A stretch of 64,000 nucleotides of DNA, from contig VGTL01000002.1 in assembly GCA_016874675.1 (NCBI GenBank), forward strand, positions 9,021-73,020, written 5' to 3'. Shown piece after piece: positions 48,362 through 56,965 of the stretch (position 1 is the first letter of the stretch; every line of letters starts with the position of its first letter). The translations under genes and the position numbers were made by a program. The notes below the pieces were generated by a model that was not told the DNA's origin, did no database searches, and saw only the letters and a list, made by a program, of their open reading frames with translations. This stretch comes from Methanobacteriota archaeon. Lineage in GTDB: Archaea > Thermoplasmatota > DTKX01 > VGTL01.

Positions 48362-49528
48362 TCAGCTTTCGCGCTTTGCCATGAACCTCATGAGGGCCTT
48401 GAACTTCTCGGCCTGCTCCCGGCTGCCGAAGCCCCTCATCTCGTCCACCATCGACACGGCCTGCCTGCAGAGCGCCGCCGCCGCCTCCACGGCCCAGCCG
48501 GAGACCTTCTTCTTCCCGTCGACGACCTCCCAGTCCACTATGCCGTGCTTCCGGAACAGGCCCGCCACCCAGGCGATGTCCTTTCCGGTGGTCCGCTCGC
48601 GGGGCTTGCGGAATATCGCAACGAGCCTCTCCTTCTCCGAAGGCGAGGCGCAGTCGAGCGCCCTGGCGAAGAGCGCCGAGGGCTTGCCCTCGCGGATGTC
48701 GTTGCCCAGCTCCGGCCTCCCGTCCCTCCCGACCCGACCCTTGCCGGAGGTGAGGTCGATGACGTCGTCGAGCATCTGGAAGGCGACGCCGACGTTACCG
48801 CCGAGCTTCCAGAGCGTGTCGATGGAGGCGCGGTCCAGCCCGGCGAGCACGGCCGAGCCCACCACGCCGAAGATGAGGTAGTAGCCCGTCTTGAGGGTGG
48901 CGAGCTCGACGTACCGGTCCACGGTGAAGCCGGCGTCCGCCCGGAGGTTGACGTCGAGCGACTGGCCCTCGCCGGTCTTCACGAGCGTGGTCGCCAGGAT
49001 GCCGCAGAGCGCCGCCCGCTTCCCGGGAGGAAGGTGCGAGGAGGTGACGGCCTCGAAGGCCTTGGCCATCATGTAGTCGCCGGCGTTGATGCCGTTGGCG
49101 ATGCCGATGTCACCGAGCTTGAGCCCGCGGGTTATGGAGCGCCGGTAGTCGCCCTTCCGCCTCTCGGCGTCGGTGCCGTACCTCACCCACACCGCCGGCA
49201 GGTCGCGCCGCGAGGTGTCGCCGTCCATCACGTCGTCGTGGCATATCAGGTAGTTGTGGGCGAGCTCGGTGGCCGCGGCGAACGGGAGCGCGTCCGCAAG
49301 CGGCACCCCGAGGCACTCGGCCGAAAGCAGGCAGAACATCGGGCGGGAGCGCTTGGGGCCCTTCCCGGTCGCCGGGTCTATGCAGTCGTCGCCGATGTGG
49401 TACCAGACCGGGCCGTTGAGGTGGCGGGCGTAGGGGCCGTCCCGGGGCAGCACCCGCTCTATCTGGGCCCGCACGAGGGGCCACTTCTCGGCGGTGTAGC
49501 CGAGCACCCAGCCGCTCTCGAACTCCAT
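48362..49528 (-). CDS. Polyprenyl diphosphate synthase (IdsA/GGPPS-like)
   Basis: KRSRP, FARM HDDVMD..RR, GQSLD, KTG, SARM FQMLDDVID; start at ATG 49528 (the ORF track extends into the tRNA). Confidence 0.88.
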   Translation of the reverse strand: MEFESGWVLGYTAEKWPLVRAQIERVLPRDGPYARHLNGPVWYHIGDDCIDPATGKGPKRSRPMFCLLSAECLGVPLADALPFAAATELAHNYLICHDDVMDGDTSRRDLPAVWVRYGTDAERRKGDYRRSITRGLKLGDIGIANGINAGDYMMAKAFEAVTSSHLPPGKRAALCGILATTLVKTGEGQSLDVNLRADAGFTVDRYVELATLKTGYYLIFGVVGSAVLAGLDRASIDTLWKLGGNVGVAFQMLDDVIDLTSGKGRVGRDGRPELGNDIREGKPSALFARALDCASPSEKERLVAIFRKPRERTTGKDIAWVAGLFRKHGIVDWEVVDGKKKVSGWAVEAAAALCRQAVSMVDEMRGFGSREQAEKFKALMRFMAKRES

Positions 49529-49547
49529 GGCGTTCCCCCGGTGCCAT

Positions 49548-49642
49548 TGCGGTTGCGGGGATTCGAACCCCGGTTTGAAGCTGGTCCCGGCGCGCGGTGG
49601 CGCCATGGGAAGCTCCAGTCCTAACCACTAGACTACAACCGC
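49548..49642 (-). tRNA. tRNA-Gly(CCC) with a 23-nt intron (49583-49605) at 37/38
   Basis: GCGGTTG/CAACCGC stem; GGAGC-TTCCCA|intron|A-GCTTC; BHB motif: TTCC/GGGA helix, 3-nt bulges, GGCGC/GCGCC outer helix. Confidence 0.93.
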
Positions 49643-49662
49643 ACGGAGCTGGGGATATCTGG

Positions 49663-49722
49663 CGTTGGGGTTTGGGGTTCGGGGCATGCGAGGCAGGGGT
49701 CGGGGTACGGGGTGCGGGGTGC
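49663..49722. repeat. Heptamer array (GGGGTNN)n
   Basis: GGGGTTT GGGGTTC ... GGGGTAC GGGGTGC GGGGTGC. Confidence 0.6.
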
Positions 49723-49739
49723 TGGGAAGGGAGGAGGCC

Positions 49740-49967
49740 TCAGATCGTTTCGAGCTTGAAGAGGACGTTGTAGCCCTTGAGGACAGAGTGGATCTTGTCG
49801 CCGAACCATATGGCGTCCTTGACGGTGGCCTTCTTGTCCCACTCGTAGATGAAGTCGTACGTCCCCTGCGTCGGCCGGAAGCCGATCATGCAGAGGCGGT
49901 CCACTATCTCGGAGGGTTTCGCCCCCTCGCTGTTGAACGTAACCGTAAGGTAGGTCTTCATCCCCAT
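49740..49967 (-). CDS. Small hypothetical protein
   Basis: MKTYLTVTFNSEGAKPSEI..L..GF....G.YDF.YEW; strong coding bias. Confidence 0.7.
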   Translation of the reverse strand: MGMKTYLTVTFNSEGAKPSEIVDRLCMIGFRPTQGTYDFIYEWDKKATVKDAIWFGDKIHSVLKGYNVLFKLETI

Positions 49968-50085
49968 CCCCGACCGTAAAAGCACTATGCCCTTTTAATA
50001 GATTTCGTACGACGGGCCCGCCCAACGATAGGATTAATACTCCAGATGCCGTTCCGAAGCGACGGTACGTTCCGGGGGCCCCGGC

Positions 50086-51492
50086 GTGGACGAAGAAACC
50101 GGGCAGGATGGCAGGCGCAAGCGGGAGGACGCGCTCATAAAGGACTACCTGACGGAGCGCGAGGAGCTCGCTTCCGGGCCCCGGTTCCACGTTCCCCCGT
50201 TCACCATCAAGCGCATCGAGGGGACCAGGACAATCTACTACGCTCCCATCGGCGAGGACCCCGAAAGCCAGCTCGAGGGAATGCGTCGGAGGCCGGCCGG
50301 GGACGGTGAGAGCCAAAAGCCGGCGGAAGCCCCGCCGGCACCGAAACCGCAGCCGGTCGAGGCCGGGCCGGGCCGGCGTCCGACGGAGACGACCGCCCCG
50401 CGGCATGCGGAGCCCGGCATGCCCAGGGCGTTTGCGCACCTGCAGGCCGGGGCCCTGGAGCGATCCGACGGGCCACCGGCCGCGCCATCGGGCACGATCC
50501 AGGCACCTCGGGTTGAGGAGCGCACCCCTGAACCGGAGGAGCCCGCCCCCGAGCCAGTTGCGGCCCCCTCTTGGGCGGCCAATGTGATCGAGGCGGCCGA
50601 CGAGCGGCTGCCTGCGGCGGTGGAGAGGGTCACCGGGGCTCTCAGGGCCGAGGAGGCGCCGGCCGCGCCCGAAACGCAGCCCGAAGGAGCGCGGCCCGTC
50701 TCTTTCCGCAAGCCATTCGTGAAGGCTGACACCTTCCCCCAGAGGAGGACCGGCCTCCCGCCGCTGCCCGGGAGGGTCTCGGCGAAGGAGCTCATCGCCA
50801 GGCTGCGCGTCGTGAAGGAGGGCGTCGAGACGCGGGAGCAGCTGGCCAGGAGGACGGCCGCGGCGGGCGGGCAGACGCGGGTGCCCGCGCCGGAGGCTCC
50901 CGATGGAGAAGGGGAGGCGGAGGGCCCTGCCACCGGCCAGGCCGCAACCGATGGGCCGGCCGGGGAGGCCGAAAAGCCGGCGGCCGTTGCCGGAGGCGTC
51001 CCCGCCCTGGCCGCGCCATCGGGGCCGGCCGGAGGGGCCCTGGAGCAGAAGAGCGAGGGGGGCAAGCTCTGCCCCTCCTGCGGAATGCCCATCTCCGAAC
51101 GCAACGACCTGCTCATATGCACCGGCTGCGGTCGCAAGAACTGCGCCACCTGCGGCCGCTACGAGAAGAGCCACATGAGGTCCGATGTCTATTACGAGTA
51201 CCAGTTCGACTGGCCGCTGTGCCTCACCTGCTACGAGAAGGCCTACACCATCCAGAGGATGCTCGGCCGGGCCTCGGTGTGCTATGGCAACGGCAACTTC
51301 TCGTACGCGCTTTGGTACGCCAGGAACGCCCTGCAGCAGGACCCCGGCTCGAGGTACATCCCGAAGATAAACGACCTCATGGAGAAGATAGACAAGGCCA
51401 GCAAGGCCGCCGGCGAGCGGGACCGCGAGTGGCATTTCGCGCGCCGGCAGTTCTCGCGCCACCCGGTAGAGGACCCTCGGTGGAGGCAGTAA
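50086..51492 (+). CDS. Hypothetical protein: Pro/Ala-rich linker, FYVE-spaced Cys8 finger, TPR-like helices
   Basis: CPSC-x12-CTGC-x4-CATC-x22-CLTC followed by ALWYARNALQQDP. Confidence 0.65.
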   Translation: MDEETGQDGRRKREDALIKDYLTEREELASGPRFHVPPFTIKRIEGTRTIYYAPIGEDPESQLEGMRRRPAGDGESQKPAEAPPAPKPQPVEAGPGRRPTETTAPRHAEPGMPRAFAHLQAGALERSDGPPAAPSGTIQAPRVEERTPEPEEPAPEPVAAPSWAANVIEAADERLPAAVERVTGALRAEEAPAAPETQPEGARPVSFRKPFVKADTFPQRRTGLPPLPGRVSAKELIARLRVVKEGVETREQLARRTAAAGGQTRVPAPEAPDGEGEAEGPATGQAATDGPAGEAEKPAAVAGGVPALAAPSGPAGGALEQKSEGGKLCPSCGMPISERNDLLICTGCGRKNCATCGRYEKSHMRSDVYYEYQFDWPLCLTCYEKAYTIQRMLGRASVCYGNGNFSYALWYARNALQQDPGSRYIPKINDLMEKIDKASKAAGERDREWHFARRQFSRHPVEDPRWRQ

Positions 51493-51501
51493 CGCGGCGC
51501 G

Positions 51502-51600
51502 ATTGGTTCGGGGGACATGCTGGCGCAGCTGGTCAAGGGGACGTGTTGGTCCTATTGGTTCGGGGGACGTGTTGTTGATGTGGGTCAGGGGGACGGAGGG
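51502..51600. repeat. Degenerate ~26-bp tandem repeat x4 between convergent genes
   Basis: GGTYMRGGGGAC core in units starting ~51502, 51528, 51554, 51580. Confidence 0.6.
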
Positions 51601-53522
51601 GGGCGGCAGCCGGGAGACCAGAAATCCGCGACGTCCCTTGCGGGGTCCGATGATTCGCGAAGGTCCGGGAGGTATTCCCTGAACTGGACGGCGCGGCGGT
51701 CCAGGATGACGGCCACGCCGCGGTCGCGCTCGCTGCGGATGAGCCTGCCGATGGTCTGCAGGAGGCGCCGGGCGGTCGGGGCCCTCACGGCGTAGTCCCA
51801 GCCCTTCCCGAACCGTATGTCGTAGTAGTACTGGAGCGCCTTCTGGCGGGCCGTCGGCTTCGGGTAGGGGATGCCCACGATGACGGCGACGTCCAGCTCC
51901 CGGTCGGGGAAGTCGATGCCCTCGCTGACCCGGCCCCCGATCACGGAGAGCAGTACCGCGCCCTCCTCGCCCCTCCGGCCCTCCTCCTTGAAGCTGTCCA
52001 CGGTCTCGAGCAGGTCCTGCTGGCTGGCGCCCCGCTCCTCGACGAATATCCGGCGGCCGGCGGACCGCCCCAGCCCCATCGCCAGGGAGCGCTCCAAAAG
52101 GTCGAAGCTCGGGAAGAACACCGCGGTGTTGCGGGAGGTGGCGCGGCAGATCTCCCCGGCCTTGCCAAGTATCCCGGAGAACATCTCCTCGTCGGTGAGC
52201 CGGTCCTCGTACTTCATCGAGACCGACGGGTCGCAGAGCACGAGGCGGTTCTCCGGGGGGAAGATGCCGGGGAAGGCGCGTAAAAGCGTCCGGTCGCCCA
52301 ACCCCAGGGAGTCCCGGTACTCCTCGAGGGGCGAGAGCGTCCCGGACATGTGCAGGCCCGAGTGGCAGCGGCCCAGGGGTTCGGAGGCGAGGCCGGGGTC
52401 CATGCAGTAGGCCTCGAGGCGGGGGCTCTCCCCGTCCTTCACGAGCTTGACATAGGCGTCGCTCTCCAGGCCCATCCAGAGCGCCAGGAAGGAGCCCACG
52501 GAGTGGAGGTGGGACCGCGGCACGCGGCCCCCCTTGCGCCGGTTCTCCCTTATCGCCTCGCCGTGGGCGGCCAGGTTCGCCACGGCCGACTCGAGCCGGT
52601 TGGAGGTCCAGCGGAAGGAGTACATGAGCTCCTCCTCCACCGCGCCCGGCGGCACCATGCCGTCCTCGTCGATGAGGTACTCGTCGCGCAGCTGGAGGAC
52701 TATCTGCTCCATCCGGGCGCAGAGATCGCTGACCCGGACCTCGTCTTGGACGTACAGCCCTCCCAGCTCCGTCGCCTCCTGCGAGGCGAGCCTGAGGGTC
52801 TGCAGGCCCAGCGAGAGCGACTTGAGCGAGCGGGCGAACTCGGGCAGGTTGTGCGCCTCGTCCACCACCACCACGAGGTCCTCGAGCGGGCAGTTCATCC
52901 AGTCGAGGAGCCGGGCGCGTATGAACGGGCTGAGAAAGTAGACGTAGGGCGCGACCACCACCGCGGCGGAGCGCGCGAGGAGCTTGGCGGCCTCATATGG
53001 GCAGAGCCCCGCCTCCCGGCAGTGCCGGGCCATCTCCTCCACCGTGGGCAGCGTGCGCTCGCACCAGGACTGGAGCTCTCCGGTCCCGGCGGCCCGGAGC
53101 TCCTCGAAGAACGGGCAGCCGCCCGGCTCGCGACGGCGGGAGGTCTCCTTCCGGTCGTTGCAGAGCACCGAGAGCTCCTCGGGGGAGGCCGTCCTCCACT
53201 CCCGCTCGGTCGCGAGCAGGAGGCAGGTGCTGTGGCGCCCCTGGATGCCCGTGCCCAGCACGCGGGAGCGGCCCGAGATGGCCCGAAGCTCCCGGAACAC
53301 CTGCACCTGCTGGGAGTTGGTCCGGGTGAGATACAGCAGCCGCTTGCCGTGCCGGGCGGCACCGAAGAGCGCCGGCACGAGGGCGCAGACCGTCTTGCCC
53401 GTGCCGGAGCCCGCCTCGGCGAGGGCGCTCGTCCCCGACCCCACCGCACCGGCGAAGAGCCCCATCAGCTCGAGCTGGACGGGGCGGGGCTCGTAGGGGA
53501 ACATCCCGAGGTGGGAATCCAT
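51585..53522 (-). CDS. XPD/Rad3-family Fe-S DNA helicase
   Basis: Q motif RPVQ, GSGTGKT, four Fe-S Cys (TCLL, LCND, GCPFF, LCPYE), DEAHNL, SGTLSP, EGIDF, QTIGRLIR. Confidence 0.92.
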   Translation of the reverse strand: MDSHLGMFPYEPRPVQLELMGLFAGAVGSGTSALAEAGSGTGKTVCALVPALFGAARHGKRLLYLTRTNSQQVQVFRELRAISGRSRVLGTGIQGRHSTCLLLATEREWRTASPEELSVLCNDRKETSRRREPGGCPFFEELRAAGTGELQSWCERTLPTVEEMARHCREAGLCPYEAAKLLARSAAVVVAPYVYFLSPFIRARLLDWMNCPLEDLVVVVDEAHNLPEFARSLKSLSLGLQTLRLASQEATELGGLYVQDEVRVSDLCARMEQIVLQLRDEYLIDEDGMVPPGAVEEELMYSFRWTSNRLESAVANLAAHGEAIRENRRKGGRVPRSHLHSVGSFLALWMGLESDAYVKLVKDGESPRLEAYCMDPGLASEPLGRCHSGLHMSGTLSPLEEYRDSLGLGDRTLLRAFPGIFPPENRLVLCDPSVSMKYEDRLTDEEMFSGILGKAGEICRATSRNTAVFFPSFDLLERSLAMGLGRSAGRRIFVEERGASQQDLLETVDSFKEEGRRGEEGAVLLSVIGGRVSEGIDFPDRELDVAVIVGIPYPKPTARQKALQYYYDIRFGKGWDYAVRAPTARRLLQTIGRLIRSERDRGVAVILDRRAVQFREYLPDLRESSDPARDVADFWSPGCRPPPSP

Positions 53523-53594
53523 CCGCCCGTGAATCGTCGGGGAGAAGTATATCCTTTCGGGGGGATGGGTGAAACCGGCGGCCCGGCCGAGCCG

Positions 53595-54041
53595 TCACTG
53601 CTTGTCCGGGATCTCCTCGATGCCGTTCTCCTGGACGCGCGTCCAGACGTCCTCGGGGATGTCCTGATAGACCGACGCCTCCACCGGACAGGCGGACTCG
53701 TCTTTCTCCTTCCCGGCGTCGATGAGCGCCGCGATGCGGTCCATCCGGAAGAGCCAGTAGTGGATCCTCCACTCGCGGCCGTCGTAGAGCGTGGTCTCCT
53801 CGCGCTCGGTGGTCAGCAGGCCGGCGTCCTCGAGCATGTAGAACGCGTCCCGGTCCTCCGGCTCCAAGACATTGTCGATGATCCTGTCGTTGTAGCCGAA
53901 GAAGTTCATGATGTGCTTGGCCATGTCCCGGGCGGCGGTCTCCTCCATTCCCTTCCGGTCGATGCTGTTCTTTATCGCTTTGGTGAGTCCCTCGACCGAG
54001 AGCAGATGGCCCGAGCACTGCATATTATCGGGGCCGTTCAT
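53595..54041 (-). CDS. DUF6015-like winged-helix protein
   Basis: NFFGY.DRIIDN.LEPEDRD.FYMLED.GLL.TE.EET.LYDGREWRIHYW; AAGGAG RBS. Confidence 0.7.
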   Translation of the reverse strand: MNGPDNMQCSGHLLSVEGLTKAIKNSIDRKGMEETAARDMAKHIMNFFGYNDRIIDNVLEPEDRDAFYMLEDAGLLTTEREETTLYDGREWRIHYWLFRMDRIAALIDAGKEKDESACPVEASVYQDIPEDVWTRVQENGIEEIPDKQ

Positions 54042-54123
54042 AGGCTCCTTTCCCCCATTTTCACCTTGGTAAAAATGTATATGCACGGGAGTATGATATA
54101 AACATTTTGGTCTTTACACGTAC

Positions 54124-54801
54124 TCAGGAACCGTCGTGCAGGCGTTCCGAGAGCCGGGCTGGCAGGCCGCATGCTGCCACGGCTGACGCCGTCTTGGCCC
54201 GGTCGTAGTCGACCCTGTGGAGGCGGATCCCCAGACCGCGGGTGTCCAAGGTGGCGAAGGCCGCCCTGGGGTCGCTGTCGCGCGGCTGGCCGACAGACCC
54301 GGGGTTCACCACCAGCAGGTCCCCGAAGATCCCCTCCCACTGGACGTGGGTGTGCCCCATGACAAGGACCTCCACGTCAAGCTCCCCGAACGGCCAGGCG
54401 TCAGGGCCCAGGGGATACACATACTCGTCGTCGTCGCGGGGGCTTCCGTGGACCAGGAGCACGCGGCGGCCGTCCACCTCCAGTCGGTGCCGGCGCGGGA
54501 GCCGCTCCAGAAACGCCCGGGAGGCCGGGGCGATCCGCGCCGCGGTCCAGCGGGCGGCGACGGCGGCGACCTCGTTCAGGCGGGAGAAGTCGCCCGTGGC
54601 CACCGCCCGGTCGTGGTTGCCGGCGATGGAGCGCACTCCCCGCGCCGCGAGAAGCTCCAAAACCTCGTCGGGGAAGGTGTAGTAACCGACAAGGTCCCCG
54701 GCGCCAAGAACGCATGACACCCCGAGCCGGCCCATTTCCGAAAGGACGGCCCGGAGGGCCGTCAGGTTGGAATGGACATCGGATATCATCCCGACTAGCA
54801 T
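54124..54801 (-). CDS. Calcineurin-like metallophosphoesterase
   Basis: SDVHSN, GDLVGY, GNHD, HGSP, GHTH, NPGSVGQPRD. Confidence 0.9.
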   Translation of the reverse strand: MLVGMISDVHSNLTALRAVLSEMGRLGVSCVLGAGDLVGYYTFPDEVLELLAARGVRSIAGNHDRAVATGDFSRLNEVAAVAARWTAARIAPASRAFLERLPRRHRLEVDGRRVLLVHGSPRDDDEYVYPLGPDAWPFGELDVEVLVMGHTHVQWEGIFGDLLVVNPGSVGQPRDSDPRAAFATLDTRGLGIRLHRVDYDRAKTASAVAACGLPARLSERLHDGS

Positions 54802-54819
54802 GCGACCGACCGCGAAGGA

Positions 54820-55188
54820 CTAGCTCAGGGTCTCCTTGATGAGCCGGCTGGCGACCTCGGCGCTGGAGAGGAGCTGCTCCACCCCGTCGCGGCCCTCCTT
54901 GAGCACGACCAGGATGGCCTTCGTGCCGGCATCGACCGCCACCAGGACGCAGTCGTGCCCCTCCACGACGATGCGGTCCGGGCCGGTCTTGTTGAACTCG
55001 GACAGGGCCGCGCTGGCTGCACCGCTCATGGTCGCCCCCATGGCGGCGAAGGTCTCGGAGTGGGCCTCCTCGGAGGCGCTGGCCGTTATGACTATACCAC
55101 CGCGGCTGACCAGGACCGCGCCGATGACGTTTGGGAGCTGGCGCAATTCCCGGACAATCCGCTCAAGTTGCTCGGCCTTGGCAACCAT
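54820..55188 (-). CDS. Roadblock/LC7 domain protein
   Basis: V.GAVLVSR.G..I, ETFAAMGAT..GAA..A..E, RIVVE. Confidence 0.85.
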   Translation of the reverse strand: MVAKAEQLERIVRELRQLPNVIGAVLVSRGGIVITASASEEAHSETFAAMGATMSGAASAALSEFNKTGPDRIVVEGHDCVLVAVDAGTKAILVVLKEGRDGVEQLLSSAEVASRLIKETLS

Positions 55189-55277
55189 TAATTCCTACAA
55201 CAGACTTCAATGTTTATATCCTTATTGGTCTTTTTCATGTCGGGTATTGAGACTTGGCCCGATAGGCGGACGGGGAA

Positions 55278-55358
55278 GGGGAGCGGGCAGCGGGCAGCGG
55301 GCAGCGGGGAGCGGTGACGGAACGAATCCGTCCGTCCACCGCTCCCCGCTGCCCCGCT
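55278..55358. repeat. Inverted pair (CGGGCAG)n ... (CCGCTNC)n around core ACGGAACGAATCCGTCCGTCC
   Basis: Core 55317-55337 nearly identical to the core at 46065-46083. Confidence 0.75.
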
Positions 55359-55377
55359 GGATCAATTGGAGGGAATG

Positions 55378-55450
55378 TGCCGAGGGAGGGAGTCGAACCC
55401 CCAGGAAACGGATCTGCAGTCCGTCACATTAGCCGCTCTGTCACCTCGGC
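55378..55450 (-). tRNA. tRNA-Cys(GCA) with A73 discriminator
   Basis: GCCGAGG/CCTCGGC stem, ACGGA-CTGCAGA-TCCGT anticodon arm, TTCGACT loop; the base after C72 is A. Confidence 0.92.
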
Positions 55451-55497
55451 TTGTCCATCCCACATCGGGGGGAACCGATTTGAATATTTCGCGCGAT

Positions 55498-55630
55498 GGC
55501 AGGGTGCAGGGTGCAGGGTGCGGGGTGCGGGGTGCGGGGTAACGTACGGTGTCCATCTTGAACCCGGTACCCCATGCCCCGAGATATCCCCCGCACCCTG
55601 CACCCTGCACCCTGCACCCCGCACCCTGCG
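55498..55630. repeat. Inverted pair (GGGTGCA/GGGTGCG)n ... (CCCTGCA/CCCCGCA)n
   Basis: Arms ~55498-55540 and ~55588-55630. Confidence 0.82.
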
Positions 55631-55703
55631 GTCGGCCACGAGCTTTATATTGTCGTTCGGACATCCCGGTTTCCCTTCGCCAGGGGGAGCTGGTAGGGTT
55701 CGC

Positions 55704-56705
55704 ATGAACCTTGGTCGGCGGCTTGTGATCGCCATCGGTGGAAATGCAATCCTGCAAGAGGGCCAGAGGGGCACCGCCGAGGAGCAACGGGCCAACCTGG
55801 AGGTCGCCTGCGAGTCCCTCGCCGCGCTCATCCGCCCCGGCGTCAATGTCGTCCTCACGCACGGGAACGGCCCCCAGGTGGGGAACATTCTCGTCCAGAA
55901 CGAGGCCGCCAGGGCGCAGGTGCCGGCGCTCCCGCTCGATGTCTGCGGGGCCCAGTCCCAGGGCTCCCTGGGCTATCTGATCCAGCAGGTCCTGTCCGGA
56001 GTCCTCCGGAGCCGCAACATCCGGCGCGATGTGATGGCGCTCGTCACCCAGACCGTGGTGTCCCCCGACGACCCGGCGTTCCTCTCCCCGAGCAAGCCCA
56101 TCGGCCCATATTACAGGGAGCCCGAGGCCCGCGCTCTCTCGCAGGAGAAGGGATGGAAGCTCGTCGAGGTCGGCAAGCGCCACTGGCGGAGGGTGGTGGC
56201 CTCGCCCGACCCGCTGGAGATCGTGGAGAAGGGGATGATCCGGAAGCTCATGCGCCAGGGGACGGTCGTCATAGCGGCAGGCGGCGGGGGCATCCCGGTG
56301 GTGCGGCGCGACGGGAGGCTCGCCGGCGTGGAGGCGGTTGTCGACAAGGACCTGGCCTCGGCCACCCTGGCGCGCGATGTCGGGGCCGACGCGATGATCC
56401 TGCTCACTGACATAGAGAAGGTGGCCATCAACTTCCGCACCCCGGAGGAGCGGTTCCTGGACCGGATGACCGTGGAGGAGGCGGGGCGATATCTCAAGGC
56501 GGGCCACTTTCCGGCGGGGAGCATGGGACCGAAGATAGAGGCGGCGATCAGGTTCCTGGCCCCCAGGCCGGAGCCCACGCTGGACTCGTTTGGCGCGCCG
56601 GGAGCCCGGTTCTCCCGCCCGCAGCTCAAGGTCATCATAGCCTCCCTGAACGCCGCCGAGCGGGCAGCCCGCGGGAAGACCGGCACCACCATCACCCCGG
56701 ACTGA
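55704..56705 (+). CDS. arcC: Carbamate kinase
   Basis: VIAIGGNA, THGNGPQVG, PSKPIGP, RRVVASP, GGGGIPV, EAVVDKD, GSMGPK. Confidence 0.94.
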   Translation: MNLGRRLVIAIGGNAILQEGQRGTAEEQRANLEVACESLAALIRPGVNVVLTHGNGPQVGNILVQNEAARAQVPALPLDVCGAQSQGSLGYLIQQVLSGVLRSRNIRRDVMALVTQTVVSPDDPAFLSPSKPIGPYYREPEARALSQEKGWKLVEVGKRHWRRVVASPDPLEIVEKGMIRKLMRQGTVVIAAGGGGIPVVRRDGRLAGVEAVVDKDLASATLARDVGADAMILLTDIEKVAINFRTPEERFLDRMTVEEAGRYLKAGHFPAGSMGPKIEAAIRFLAPRPEPTLDSFGAPGARFSRPQLKVIIASLNAAERAARGKTGTTITPD

Positions 56706-56772
56706 TGTCCGGGGCTCTACGCTATGCTGTGGTGAAACGACCCGGAATGAGAGCCGGGGCATCTAGCTTTCA
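56695..56772. repeat. REP-like double-hairpin element, copy 2 (overlaps the arcC stop codon)
   Basis: CCCCGGAC-TGAT-GTCCGGGG ... CCGGGG-C-ATCTAGCTTTCA. Confidence 0.7.
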
Positions 56773-56779
56773 GGCGGAC

Positions 56780-56910
56780 CGCACCCTGCCCGCTGCCCGC
56801 TGCCCGCTGCCTGCAGCTCCCTCACCCTTCCATCACCTCACCCCCCTGCATCCCGCGCCCTGCACCTTGTAGCCTCGCAACCCTGCCCCTTGACCCTTGA
56901 CCCTTGACCC
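56780..56910. repeat. Heptamer arrays (CTGCCCG)n and (CCCTTGA)n
   Basis: CTGCCCG x3 near 56786-56810; CCCTTGA x3 near 56888-56908. Confidence 0.7.
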
Positions 56911-56965
56911 GTTCCCCGATAGTATAAATATCCCCTGCCCTCTATACGGGTACGAAGGAGACCGG

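Noticed and set aside
49529-49606. ORF-track start of the polyprenyl synthase at 49606
   Set aside because: It falls inside tRNA-Gly and its intron; ATG 49528 is more plausible.
51502-51600. Possible CRISPR array
   Set aside because: Units are contiguous and degenerate, with no unique spacers.
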